Shown in pieces: positions 1 through 9,485 of a stretch of DNA of 64,000 nucleotides. Every line of letters starts with the position of its first letter. The first letter of the stretch is position 1. Below the pieces are notes generated by a model. It worked only from the letters and a program-made list of their open reading frames with translations, was not told the DNA's origin and ran no database searches. Made by a program: the position numbers and the translations under genes. Source of the stretch: an uncultured Clostridia bacterium (lineage in GTDB: Bacteria; Acidobacteriota; Aminicenantia; UBA2199); assembly GCA_964502145.1 (NCBI GenBank), contig CAZCVI010000002.1:117383-181382 (forward strand), in the 5' to 3' direction.

Positions 1-1
1 C

Positions 2-277
2 TTAAAACAACTGGAGAAGGCAGCAGCCGATAAAGACTTACTGCGCCAATTAGAGTTAGAGGAAATGGCCTATCGAGAATATGACAGTACAATCGGCATG
101 TTGGAGAGAAAGTTAGGCGAAAAAGAGCAAGCCTTAAACGAAAAAAATCAAGCCTTAAACGAAAAAGAGCAGGCTTTGAACGAAAAAGATCAGGAGCTCA
201 ACGAAAATAAACGTATGATTGAAGAGAAAAATCAATACATTGCAGAACTCTTAAAAAAGCTGGAAAAAGAAAAATAG
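2..277 (+). CDS. 3' end of a 5'-truncated Rpn/YhgA-like (PD-(D/E)XK, TIGR01784-type) nuclease/transposase-like paralog. The coiled-coil tail carries 3 extra ALNEKxQ heptads.
   Basis: The frame is open from the window edge. nt 1-277 are near-identical to nt 1111-1326 of the downstream gene, except for a 63-bp (3 x 21 bp) in-frame insertion. The stop codon is at 275-277. Confidence 0.5.
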   Translation, partial: LKQLEKAAADKDLLRQLELEEMAYREYDSTIGMLERKLGEKEQALNEKNQALNEKEQALNEKDQELNENKRMIEEKNQYIAELLKKLEKEK

Positions 278-387
278 TAAAAAGAGAAAGGCAGGAATGT
301 CTAATACTGGAAAAGATGCGTTTTGTTTATGCGCTTACGCCAGCTTGAAATTCAGGAATACCTGTCGCCAGGGGCACATTTTTTTCC

Positions 388-1326
388 ATGGATCATGGAA
401 AAAAGTGGATTGGTGTTGACAAGCAGCATCAATTGGATTATTATTTAGATAGGAATCAGGAGGTTCTTTACATGTTGATCGCTAACCCCATTTATGACAC
501 TGTTTTTAAATATCTGATGGACAATGCTGAAATTGCCAGAGGAATAATCGCCACCATCATCGGGGAGAACATCGTTCATTTGGATTTACAGGCCCAGGAA
601 AGCCATGTCCAAGTAGAGGGCAGGTTAACCTTTTATCATCTTGATTTTATCGCCAAGATCAAGCAAAAAAACGGGGAATATAAAACCGTGTTGATTGAAC
701 TCCAAAAATCCAGTAACCCCACTGATATTATCCGGTTCCGACGCTACCTGGGCGAGCAATATAGAAAAGAAGAGGATATCTTGGCTGAATCTGGGACCAT
801 TACGAAAGAACCTTTACCCATAATCACCATTTACATTTTAGGTTATTTCTTATCCAAGACTTTGCCCGGGGTAATCAAGGTAAACCGGGTATATAAAGAT
901 TTATTAGGTGGCCAGGAAATTTTTGAGCGGAATGAGTTTATCGAGTGTTTAACCCATGATTCTTATGTCATCCAGATTCCCAGGTTACACTTAGAGATGA
1001 AAAACCGGTTGGAATATATCCTGTCGATATTCAAACAGGAGAGATTTATAGCGGATGATCACCGTTTGAAAGATTATATCTATGAAATCGACGATGAATT
1101 GATGAAAATGATCTTAAAACAACTGGAGAAGGCAGCAGCCGATAAAGACTTACTGCGCCAATTAGAGCTAGAGGAAATGGCCTATCGAGAATATGACAGT
1201 ACAATCGGCATGTTGGAAAGAAAGTTAGGCGAAAAAGAGCAAGAGCTCAACGAAAATAAACGCACGATTGAAGAGAAAAATCAATACATTGCAGAACTCT
1301 TAAAAAAGCTGGAAAAAGAAAAATAA
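388..1326 (+). CDS. Rpn-family recombination-promoting nuclease / putative transposase (YhgA-like, PD-(D/E)XK) with a C-terminal coiled coil
   Basis: DTVFKYLMDNAEIARGII, VLIELQKSSNPTDIIRFRRY and PLPIITIYILG match, from recall, the E. coli RpnA/YhgA blocks DAVFKQFLMHPETARDFL / VLIEHQSSPDKHMAFRLMRY / LPLVVPILFYQG. The tail is K/E-rich heptads. Confidence 0.7.
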   Translation: MDHGKKWIGVDKQHQLDYYLDRNQEVLYMLIANPIYDTVFKYLMDNAEIARGIIATIIGENIVHLDLQAQESHVQVEGRLTFYHLDFIAKIKQKNGEYKTVLIELQKSSNPTDIIRFRRYLGEQYRKEEDILAESGTITKEPLPIITIYILGYFLSKTLPGVIKVNRVYKDLLGGQEIFERNEFIECLTHDSYVIQIPRLHLEMKNRLEYILSIFKQERFIADDHRLKDYIYEIDDELMKMILKQLEKAAADKDLLRQLELEEMAYREYDSTIGMLERKLGEKEQELNENKRTIEEKNQYIAELLKKLEKEK

Positions 1327-1384
1327 TAGAAAAGTTGGAAGAAATTCCTTACAACATTCTAATTATACCACTATTGAAAAAGTT

Positions 1385-1431
1385 CCGCAAAACTTCTGAT
1401 CTTGATGTCTCCTATCTCAGAAGTTTTGCGG
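1385..1431. terminator. Bidirectional terminator-like hairpin between convergent genes
   Basis: A perfect 15-bp inverted repeat, ccgcaaaacttctga (1385-1399) and tcagaagttttgcgg (1417-1431), with a 17-nt loop. It lies between the + gene ending at 1326 and the - gene ending at 1453. Confidence 0.5.
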
Positions 1432-1452
1432 ATAATTCAGGCACCAGGATTG

Positions 1453-4400
1453 TTACTTAAAAACATCCTGGCTATCAGAGGCTGTGATATGGATTTCTAC
1501 TATATTCTTATAAGATCCACCCGCCCTATCTTTCACCACGAACACCAAGCGATACCTCCCCAGGAACCCAGGCCCTGGCGACCAATAAAAAGTCCGCTTA
1601 TCATTCACCACCGTGGAACCAACAGGCAATGGCTTTAACCCAGTAGGGGAGAGCCGATACCCCTGGATTTCCACACTGTTTTCTGGAAAGAAAATTTCCA
1701 CATGCTCCAGTTCCTTAAGCGTGATCTTACGCACTCCCTTTTCATCTGCAACAAGGGTTAGTGGTTCTCCATGGGTATTAAAACCAGTCCTGTATGTTAA
1801 CGATTCCAATACATCATTGGTTAGAACGCTGGAAGCATCCATGGCTTGGCTTGCTACCCTGGAACTGCCACTATTAAAGATAGTCATGTAACGACTACCA
1901 ATACCGTCTGTATTCCCTGCATTGTCCGTCACGGTCCACTGGATGGAATGCACCCCATTGGTATAACCGGTAGTGTTCAAATAAAAATACCCGACGGCAC
2001 CACCACTGTTGTTGTAACCAGGAAATAGAGTGCTAATGTCCTCACGGTAAAGATTGTAGGTGGGAGAACCAAGATTCACACCATCCACCCATACATTGAT
2101 AGTAGAACCATTGCTAGGGATGGTGTTGGGCAAGGGTGTTAATGCCCAACCCCAATTCAAAAAAGCACGACCAGAAGCTAAACCTCCCTGAGTCGGTGTA
2201 TCAATGGCACCAAACGGTTTGACGGCGTGGGCATTGTCCACGGTAATGGTTTTGGTGCCCAAGATGACCTCGTTACCTTCCTCATCCACAGCCACAGCAT
2301 AAAGGGTAAACGACCCATTGCCACCATTGGGGAGAAAGTTGGTCAGTAACATGTAACCCCAACCCGCCAAATAATTCTTGGGGTAATCAGGGTAAGTTAA
2401 TTCCACATCGGGCCTCATTCCTTCCACAAAGATGGCTTGACCAATATAAACCGGAGTGTTTTCCTCGCCACTAACCGGGGCGCGTTTGATATAAACCGCA
2501 TCCACCCCCACATCATCCAAAACCCAACCGGTTACGGCGATACTGCTCCTCACTGTAGCTCCTTCGGTGGGTGTTTCAAAAATACCGAAAGGGGAAGAAC
2601 TCCCTGACAAATTATTCACAGTCACGGCTATAGTCTGGGGCGAGTTGGCGGCATGATCATCGGATACTGTAATGGTACCACTGTAAGTACCAATACTCAA
2701 TCCGGTAGGATTCACACTCACGGTGATGCTTCCATTACCCGTGCCTGAAATGGGGGTTACGCTTAACCAACTGCGATCTGACGATGCGCTCCAAGATAAT
2801 GTACCAGTACCACTGCTGCCAATAAAAACCTGCTGCGCGGGAGTTACAGTACTCCCATTCACGGCACTAAAAAGAAGGGCGGCACGATTTAATTGGATCG
2901 TAATCCCAGAAATAACATTGGTAATAGTAAACACGGCATCACTACTATCGGTTATACCGGTATCAGTAGTGCTGCTGATTCGGATCAGACAAAACGTGGA
3001 CGGGGTGGCAGAGGGAACGAGCCAATTAAAATTGCCAGTATTGGTGGTCGAACTGGCCACAGTGCTCCAACTACTGCCATTATTTGACGAAAACTCGATT
3101 TTTACATTGGCTATCGTGCCACTGGAAGTCCAGGTAATAGCATGGGTAGAACCCAGCAACCAGATTTGCCCGCCATTGGGAGAGGTCAGGGTTAAACTGG
3201 AGACCGCACCACCATTTTCAGCAGCAAAATAATACTGCCCAAACCGATTGGACCAACCATGAACTTTTACCTCGGTATCGGGGTACACATTTGAATTGTA
3301 AGACGTGGGCGAGCGCAGTGAAGAATCCTCTATATAGAGATTCCCCGGCGATATCAAGAAATACCGAATATAATCCTGGAACGCAGGACGCATATAATTT
3401 CTGTAGGAGACTTCCCCGGTTTCCGTATAACAAAAGCCAGCGGCGTTCAGGGTCATAAACACGTAGGTCGGTTCACCATTGGTTTGCACCAAGAGAGAAC
3501 GGTCAACCATATAAGGCAGTTGCCGTGCCCGGTATTGACCGAGCTCATTGGTATCACCACCAAAAGTGATACTCATCAACCAGGTGGTCATACGCCGGAT
3601 TAACCCCAATAGGGAAGTGGCATAGGTATTATCACGACCCTTGAATACTTCAGCGTAAGCTTTAATTGCAGGTTCTAAGAAATAACAATTCATCAGGGGC
3701 TGCGATAAGTTAGGGTCATCATTGGCATACACATACCCATGACCGCCAGCAGCAGTCTCCCTGTCAAACACGCCTTTTAACACATCTTTGAGAGCTTGCT
3801 GGATGGTTTTAGTGCCATAATCACTAGTATGGAACGTAGCATTGGGATTCATACGCCATTGGGTCACCAGATTATCCACGATCCAGCCCGCAATACGGAT
3901 TTCATCGGTATCAATATAGCCATTGATGTTAAAGGATTCATACACATATTGCCGCATCCCCTCCACCAATTCATCGTAAATATCCTTGCCCCGGGGTTCA
4001 CCAGTGAGCAACCAATAGAGGGCATAACCCTGGACCCAGGTATGACTGGGACGGCCAGGACCAAAACAGTTGTCAGGGGAATCATTGGATGGACGGGTCT
4101 CCCAGTTCTTCTGATAATTATAGGCGGTGCCATTGGCGTTGGTATGGTAGATATCAAAATCTATTTCATGTTTGACAAACACACGGGCAGCGTCCAAGAA
4201 GGCCATATGGCCAGTGCGCATGAAATGCAAGAACATGCCGTACCCCCAGTCATAACTGTTCCCAGAATACACACCACAACCACCCCCCCATTGCAGGTCG
4301 CCATAATTGTTCCAACTGTTGATATCCTGGTACAGAGAACCCCAAACAGTGATACCCGTAGTGCCCGATGGGCTGACAACATCGGCCTGGATCACTTTGG

Positions 4401-5424
4401 ACCGTTGTAATTTTTCATAGAGGTCAAAATCGGCTTGCAGGGAAGTTTCAAAACCAGTCTTCGGCAGAGTGACCTGCCCCCAGGCACGGGTAGCGGCATA
4501 ATAGGCGGGTGTGGCCACAGCCAATGGCCGGGGCGTGGTATAACCGTCGGCTAACACACCGGTTGCAGTGTAACGACTCTCCCGTTTGACGGGACTACCA
4601 CTTTGGGGCACATCCAGTTCAAAGGTTTTTTCCACACCCTGACCAAACACATAACTTCCACCCTGGTTTAATAAGGGAACCCCAAACGTGGCACCACTCA
4701 AGGTCACGGCTGGACCCTGGGGATTATAGTTCCAGCCAAAGGAATTGTTGTTGCGAAGGGTGAACTGGGCACGGATGGAGGAGTGGTTTTTAAAAAAGAA
4801 GAACCGGGCGCGAAAACCCACCAGGGCGTTACTCAACCGCGTGCTGCCATTGTAAAAATTCCCTTCCACCCTGACAATGGTTTTTAGCGGGCCGGACTCT
4901 TCCACGGTCCATAACCCGCTACCGGGAACAGCCAGATAGGTAGTACCACCAGCAGTGACAGAGAAATTTTTTCCCGCTACTACCAGTTCGCTTTTATTAA
5001 AGGTAAAGCTGGTGGTCCCAGTATTCACGGTCAGGTTGGAACTTTGGTTGTTAACAATAATCCCGGTCACTGTAGCGGGTGTAGCCCCAGTGCGCAGGGT
5101 AAGGGAAACCGTATCGGTAGCCGGCAGGTCGAGTTGAAAATCCAACAGCAACCAACGAATACTACCATCGGGCCAAACAGCCAATGTACGAAATTGGCAG
5201 GGAATCTCGGTGCTGCCTTGCATAAGTTTGACTGTCGTGGTGCCTGTTTGAAGCCCCTCGGCAAAGGGAATACCGGAAGTGATAGGTTCTGCCGTTTTAG
5301 CCACCGCTTCCCGGTTGGTAACGGTCAAAGCCACATCCAAGGCTGCCAAAAAAAACGTGCAAGAACAAAATATCAGACAAAATACAAAAACCGCCATTAT
5401 CCTCTGTTTGTTCACATTTCTCAT
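1453..5424 (-). CDS. Large secreted multidomain protein (signal peptide; Ig-like/BACON-type beta-sandwich repeats; possible polysaccharide-acting or adhesin-like protein)
   Basis: A 1361-aa ORF. I prefer the start at ATG 5424 (MRNVNKQRIMAVFVFCLIFCSC...). A GGAGG lies 9 nt upstream and a hydrophobic signal/TM segment follows. ITWTSSG...VKIEFSSNNGSSW and SLSWSASS...GSITVSVNPTG repeats are typical of Ig-like/BACON-like domains. The catalytic family was not identified. Confidence 0.55.
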   Translation of the reverse strand: MRNVNKQRIMAVFVFCLIFCSCTFFLAALDVALTVTNREAVAKTAEPITSGIPFAEGLQTGTTTVKLMQGSTEIPCQFRTLAVWPDGSIRWLLLDFQLDLPATDTVSLTLRTGATPATVTGIIVNNQSSNLTVNTGTTSFTFNKSELVVAGKNFSVTAGGTTYLAVPGSGLWTVEESGPLKTIVRVEGNFYNGSTRLSNALVGFRARFFFFKNHSSIRAQFTLRNNNSFGWNYNPQGPAVTLSGATFGVPLLNQGGSYVFGQGVEKTFELDVPQSGSPVKRESRYTATGVLADGYTTPRPLAVATPAYYAATRAWGQVTLPKTGFETSLQADFDLYEKLQRSKVIQADVVSPSGTTGITVWGSLYQDINSWNNYGDLQWGGGCGVYSGNSYDWGYGMFLHFMRTGHMAFLDAARVFVKHEIDFDIYHTNANGTAYNYQKNWETRPSNDSPDNCFGPGRPSHTWVQGYALYWLLTGEPRGKDIYDELVEGMRQYVYESFNINGYIDTDEIRIAGWIVDNLVTQWRMNPNATFHTSDYGTKTIQQALKDVLKGVFDRETAAGGHGYVYANDDPNLSQPLMNCYFLEPAIKAYAEVFKGRDNTYATSLLGLIRRMTTWLMSITFGGDTNELGQYRARQLPYMVDRSLLVQTNGEPTYVFMTLNAAGFCYTETGEVSYRNYMRPAFQDYIRYFLISPGNLYIEDSSLRSPTSYNSNVYPDTEVKVHGWSNRFGQYYFAAENGGAVSSLTLTSPNGGQIWLLGSTHAITWTSSGTIANVKIEFSSNNGSSWSTVASSTTNTGNFNWLVPSATPSTFCLIRISSTTDTGITDSSDAVFTITNVISGITIQLNRAALLFSAVNGSTVTPAQQVFIGSSGTGTLSWSASSDRSWLSVTPISGTGNGSITVSVNPTGLSIGTYSGTITVSDDHAANSPQTIAVTVNNLSGSSSPFGIFETPTEGATVRSSIAVTGWVLDDVGVDAVYIKRAPVSGEENTPVYIGQAIFVEGMRPDVELTYPDYPKNYLAGWGYMLLTNFLPNGGNGSFTLYAVAVDEEGNEVILGTKTITVDNAHAVKPFGAIDTPTQGGLASGRAFLNWGWALTPLPNTIPSNGSTINVWVDGVNLGSPTYNLYREDISTLFPGYNNSGGAVGYFYLNTTGYTNGVHSIQWTVTDNAGNTDGIGSRYMTIFNSGSSRVASQAMDASSVLTNDVLESLTYRTGFNTHGEPLTLVADEKGVRKITLKELEHVEIFFPENSVEIQGYRLSPTGLKPLPVGSTVVNDKRTFYWSPGPGFLGRYRLVFVVKDRAGGSYKNIVEIHITASDSQDVFK

Positions 5425-5831
5425 TTTAACGCCCTCCGTAACGGCGTGTTTAATTCTTACTGGCACGATGCTATTCAAATAACCATTCAAATAATATGAC
5501 CTATAAGAAATTTTAAACATCAAACAAGCGAAAGTCAACCATTAATAAAAAAAAAGTAGGAAGGAAAAATAGAGAACTGTAACGAGAACAGTTGATAATG
5601 TTTTGCCTCTCATAAAATTGGAGTTTTCAAAAGTTTCCTTAGCATTATAATATAACTTGGAAGAAACCGCTGAGCGAAAAATACCATATTCATCCCACGC
5701 AATTGGTGAGGAGGAAAAAGCAGTTATTCGAAGGTGCGTCCGAAATATTCAATCGTAGTAACACCGGGCGAATCTACTGTGAACACAAGGAGGCTGTCCC
5801 CTCCCATCCTCCTGTAACCGTAAACAGTGAT

Positions 5832-7337
5832 TTAATACCGCACCCCTTTTTGGTATAACATCGCTTCGTAAGCAGCCATCACTTCGGCCCACTGGTCAAT
5901 AGGTATTTGGTGGGTAAATGGATTTCTTATCTCGAATACACCGGCTTCTCCCTCTTCTTTGTTAACATGAAGCAAGCTGGAGTCTGTATTTTTTAAAATA
6001 GCTTCTGCTTGCGTCTCTTGAGTCTTACGATTTTTAATCAATATCTTCTCTCCCCTTAAAACCGCGAGTGTATCATTTAAGGCACTTATTTTCAGAAAAT
6101 TGGCATGGAAAATATTCGGACCTTGGGTTATCTTATCTTGAAGTTTTGCAATTCTAAAATCTAAATCGAGATTCTTAAGTTGTTCCATCCAACCCTCTGG
6201 TTTCCCATTTATAAGATGATCCATTTTTTCTAATAGACTATATGTTTCTAAGTCCTCTTTATCGCTGGGAATATTCCCTTCTGCCAATTTTGGATAGTCA
6301 GTGGCATCAAATGCTTCTTTTAAAGTTGCTGGGAACAGACCTGCCGTTTTAGGATCAACTGTTGAGTCTTTTAAAGCACTTGTCCACAATTCTTGAATAT
6401 TGGCACGTGGTAATGCGTCGAGTATGTTTTTATCTATTATATCTTTTGTGGGGCTAAAAAAATCTTCCTGAGATCTCAAATACTTAAAGTATGAAACTCT
6501 TGGCACATTCACCAACGCCCTTATGGTTGATTTTAAGATGGATGGAAGTTCGGCTCCTAACTTTTTACTCAATATTTCCACTATATTATTATATAATTGG
6601 ATAGAGAATTGTTTGGCGTTGTCCAGGCAGGTATTGACGGTTTTTTCCTGTACTATTAGAACATGGTCTTCAAATGTAAAGCTATTGATTAAATCGAAAA
6701 TATCGAGGAAGGTTGAAGATGTCGCCTTGGTGGGGGAGACGTTTATTTGAAATGCACCTTGAGAACCTTCTTGGACTTGAAGGATTGGCCCTTGTCTATT
6801 ATTTACTTCAGCCCATTTTGCTTCTAACGCCATTAAGGGCATATCTTTTAAAAGCGATTTCCCTCTGATTTTGGCGATTTTTACAAAATCGGCCAGATAG
6901 GCGACCTGAAATGTGAGGCTCAGGGGATTCTCGGGCGGATATTGATCATGGAGCCCTGTGGCCAGTTCAAAAGTAGCATATTTTTTATTTGGAGCTTCGA
7001 GATGAATTTCTGTCTCTATTCCAGGTACGATAGCCCCTACTTTTTCGCCCTGGGATACACTAGTGCCAACATCATAATCCAATGTAGCCCCAACTACTTC
7101 TATTTCCGCCCCAATTTTTCTTTGTATTGAATTCGTTTGCTTGTTGGATAGATTCCCTTCTGTTGCTTCGGTTTCGCCGTCCAAATTTCCGGATGGCGTC
7201 ATAACCGTTTCTTCACCAAAAATAGGGGGATGGTGATTTGTTTTTTTATTATTTGCACTCTTTATCTGCTGGGCAACGGCTTCAGCAGCCGCCATACTTT
7301 TATTCTCATTCTTTGTCTTCATTGCTGCGGCATACAT
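5832..7337 (-). CDS. Hypothetical protein (501 aa) with a low-complexity N-terminus and no recognisable domain
   Basis: A long ORF with coherent codon usage. I could recognise no motifs by eye. Confidence 0.5.
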   Translation of the reverse strand: MYAAAMKTKNENKSMAAAEAVAQQIKSANNKKTNHHPPIFGEETVMTPSGNLDGETEATEGNLSNKQTNSIQRKIGAEIEVVGATLDYDVGTSVSQGEKVGAIVPGIETEIHLEAPNKKYATFELATGLHDQYPPENPLSLTFQVAYLADFVKIAKIRGKSLLKDMPLMALEAKWAEVNNRQGPILQVQEGSQGAFQINVSPTKATSSTFLDIFDLINSFTFEDHVLIVQEKTVNTCLDNAKQFSIQLYNNIVEILSKKLGAELPSILKSTIRALVNVPRVSYFKYLRSQEDFFSPTKDIIDKNILDALPRANIQELWTSALKDSTVDPKTAGLFPATLKEAFDATDYPKLAEGNIPSDKEDLETYSLLEKMDHLINGKPEGWMEQLKNLDLDFRIAKLQDKITQGPNIFHANFLKISALNDTLAVLRGEKILIKNRKTQETQAEAILKNTDSSLLHVNKEEGEAGVFEIRNPFTHQIPIDQWAEVMAAYEAMLYQKGVRY

Positions 7338-7616
7338 ATTTCTTTCCTCATTATTTCATCCATATTAATTCTAACACAAGAAATATAAAGAAACAAGGAG
7401 AATTACAGCCCTGGATTCCCCGCCAAATTTCTGGAAAGCTTCGACTTACAGAACCTTCTGGACCAACTGGACTTCCCAAAACCTTATAATTTTGTATAGC
7501 TTGTCCAGTATAAAGTATCGAATAGGCTGTTCGAGGCGCATTGTCCCTGGTTTCTTTTTCATATCCCTTTGTAGACTCCTGGTCATCCCACCATCCGACG
7601 AATCACGGTTCAGAAA

Positions 7617-7668
7617 CTGTCTCCCCCATTTTTCCAAGTAGAAAAACTGTGCCCAGTGCTTTACTTCA
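7617..7668. repeat. Left copy of a 52-bp direct repeat flanking a TA module
   Basis: ctgtctcccccatttttccaagtagaaaaactgtgCccagtgctttacttc. The same sequence with one mismatch recurs at 8408-8459. Confidence 0.8.
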
Positions 7669-7711
7669 TTTTTGATTTGACATTTTGTCGTTTATAAGCT
7701 ACCATTATACT

Positions 7712-8056
7712 ATGGCCAACACACAGAGGATTTTGAAAGTTTATATGGATTCCCGCGGTAAAGAGCCTTTTATTGAGTGGTTGGAATCGATAAAGGACCG
7801 TAAAAACAGAAGTAGGATTATTACTAGATTGGATCGTTTGGAAGTCGGTAATCCCGGTGATTCCCGCCATTTGGGTAATGGGTTGTTTGAACTACGCTTG
7901 GACTTTGGCCCCGGCTTTCGGATTTATTATGGTGAAGATGACGCGGTGATCCTAATTTTGCTGGTGGGTGGCGATAAAGGGACGCAATCCGCAGATATCA
8001 AAAAAGCCCAATCTTATTGGAAGAGGTATCAGGAGGAAAAAAATGAGAAATTTTAG
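7712..8056 (+). CDS. Type II toxin, RelE/HigB-like addiction-module killer protein (TIGR02683-like)
   Basis: MANTQRILKVYMDSRGKEPFIEWLESIKDRKNRSRIITRLDRLEVGNPGDSRHLGNGLFELRLDFGPGFRIYYGEDD is the characteristic killer-protein pattern. Its stop overlaps the antitoxin start. The upstream ATG at 7685 is less likely. Confidence 0.75.
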   Translation: MANTQRILKVYMDSRGKEPFIEWLESIKDRKNRSRIITRLDRLEVGNPGDSRHLGNGLFELRLDFGPGFRIYYGEDDAVILILLVGGDKGTQSADIKKAQSYWKRYQEEKNEKF

Positions 8057-8369
8057 AGATTATCTAAAAGATAAATTGGTCGATCAAGCAGAAGCAGTTT
8101 CTTATCTAAATGTCGCCCTGGAAGAGTATGAAAAAGATCACGATGCCGATGCTTTTTTGCTGGCACTACGTACAGTTACCGAGGCAAATGGCGGTATCTC
8201 TGAATTGGCAAAAAAAACCAATCTAAACAGGCAACACCTGTATCGGTCATTATCAAACAAAGGAAATCCCAGACTGATTACACTGGAAACAGTTTTGCAT
8301 GGACTGGGACTCCGGTTGTCTATTGTCCCTCTTGGAAACAAAAGTCTGGAGACGGAGCACAGAGTATAA
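8043..8369 (+). CDS. HTH (XRE-like) antitoxin / addiction-module antidote protein (TIGR02684-like)
   Basis: MRNFRDYLKDKLVDQAEAVSYLNVALEE...ISELAKKTNLNRQHLYRSLSNKGNPRLITLETVLHGLGLRLSIVP is the typical antidote HTH. It is translationally coupled to the toxin, with ATG at 8043 inside the toxin 3' end. Confidence 0.7.
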   Translation: MRNFRDYLKDKLVDQAEAVSYLNVALEEYEKDHDADAFLLALRTVTEANGGISELAKKTNLNRQHLYRSLSNKGNPRLITLETVLHGLGLRLSIVPLGNKSLETEHRV

Positions 8370-8407
8370 ATTTCCTGGCTGTTTCTTCCATCAAGTAGGG
8401 GCTTGAG

Positions 8408-8459
8408 CTGTCTCCCCCATTTTTCCAAGTAGAAAAACTGTGGCCAGTGCTTTACTTCT
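8408..8459. repeat. Right copy of the 52-bp direct repeat
   Basis: ctgtctcccccatttttccaagtagaaaaactgtgGccagtgctttacttc. It is followed at 8449-8498 by a perfect 15-bp inverted repeat (tttacttctttactt / aagtaaagaagtaaa). Confidence 0.8.
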
Positions 8460-8652
8460 TTACTTTATATTTGTTCAATTGCAAGAAGTAAAGAAGTAAA
8501 ACACCGTCCCCTTTTTTGGCCAAGGAATCAATAAATGGCAAATTAAAAGTGCTTCAGCGGGAACCGTATCACCTTTTTTGATCACGTTTTGGCCTTACCA
8601 ATGACATAAATTTTCATACCACCTTTCCTTTATCAAAACAGTCACGTTCACA

Positions 8653-8997
8653 CTATAATGAGAGTACTTTCTTTATGCCCTGTTCGACTTTTTTAAGATA
8701 TTTGGTACCAATTTTCCCGACGAATTCTGTCAATACCTCTTTATCAATGGTAATCAATTGGGAAACGTTTATGACTGAATCCTTTGTTAACGCGGACTCT
8801 TCTTTCTTTAAAAAAACGTTCCCAGGAGCTTCGGCCAATCTAAGATTGCTGGTTATAACCACCACCACAACTGTATTGATTTTACTCCTGTTAAAGGTAT
8901 CGGCCTGCATGACCAGCACAGGTCGTCTGTACCCGGGACCTGAACCTGAGGGTAAATCCAAATCAGCCCACCAAATGGACCCCCGCTCAATTACCAT
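8653..8997 (-). CDS. mazF: MazF/PemK-family type II toxin (endoribonuclease)
   Basis: RGSIWWADLDLPSGSGPGYRRPVLVMQADTFN...VVVVVITSN is the MazF/Kid/PemK signature. Confidence 0.75.
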   Translation of the reverse strand: MVIERGSIWWADLDLPSGSGPGYRRPVLVMQADTFNRSKINTVVVVVITSNLRLAEAPGNVFLKKEESALTKDSVINVSQLITIDKEVLTEFVGKIGTKYLKKVEQGIKKVLSL

Positions 8998-9233
8998 TCT
9001 TCTTTTTGCACTATTTTCAACTGTGCCTGATAAAGCCCTTTATCCATTACCGAGGGATTCGTTTGATCTTCATACAATGCATTTAACTGCTGTGTTACAT
9101 TTTCCTCTTTTTTATCCTTCAGATACTCTTCTATTGCCCTCGCATAAAATTCACTGCGAGTTACCTTTAATTGGTGGGCGATTTTCTCGGCCAATGCAAA
9201 TATATTATCCGGTATGTATACTGCTGTTTTCAT
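8991..9233 (-). CDS. Ribbon-helix-helix antitoxin (MazE/CopG-like)
   Basis: An 80-aa protein, MKTAVYIPDNIFALAEKIAHQLKVTRSEFYARAIEEYL, is RHH-like. It overlaps the MazF start by 7 nt and sits upstream in the same operon. Confidence 0.65.
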   Translation of the reverse strand: MKTAVYIPDNIFALAEKIAHQLKVTRSEFYARAIEEYLKDKKEENVTQQLNALYEDQTNPSVMDKGLYQAQLKIVQKEEW

Positions 9234-9449
9234 GCTTAAAGTATAATCCCAATAGAGGCGAATGTCAAATAAAAAACTTCCCCACGTACCGATGGAAATT
9301 AAGAGGTTAGTTGCGCCAAACTAAGCCCAGGAATTTGGGACATGTCAGTGATTCTCATTATTCTCGTTATTCTTTTTCCTCCCATTCTTCGCATTTTGTC
9401 CTAGGGATTTCCAAACTTTTGGTGGTTGTTCCAGGTGAAACTACAAAAC

Positions 9450-9485
9450 TTGCAGATAAAAGTTGCGTATATTATAGTGCTGATT
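9450..9485 (+). promoter_or_regulatory. Candidate sigma70-like promoter for the flotillin gene
   Basis: TTGCAG-N17-TATAGT. A second possible extended -10, TAGTATAAT, lies near 9494-9502. A GGAGG RBS is present before ATG 9537. Confidence 0.35.

Noticed and set aside
65-277. 70-aa ORF listed as an independent gene
   Set aside because: The reading frame is open back to the window edge and the sequence duplicates the 3' end of the 388-1326 gene. It is the C-terminal fragment of a truncated upstream paralog.
2723-3232. Plus-strand ORFs (169 aa and others) inside the 1361-aa minus-strand gene. Similarly 24660-25286 (+) inside the GlmS-like gene and 9968-10597 (-) inside the flotillin gene.
   Set aside because: They overlap long, better-supported genes on the opposite strand. 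They have low-complexity translations and no start signals.
7446-7637. Minus-strand ORFs beginning MEKWGRQ... at 7446-7637 and 8138-8428
   Set aside because: Both start at a TTG inside the two copies of the 52-bp direct repeat, which is why they share an N-terminus. They overlap real genes or regulatory DNA and have no RBS.
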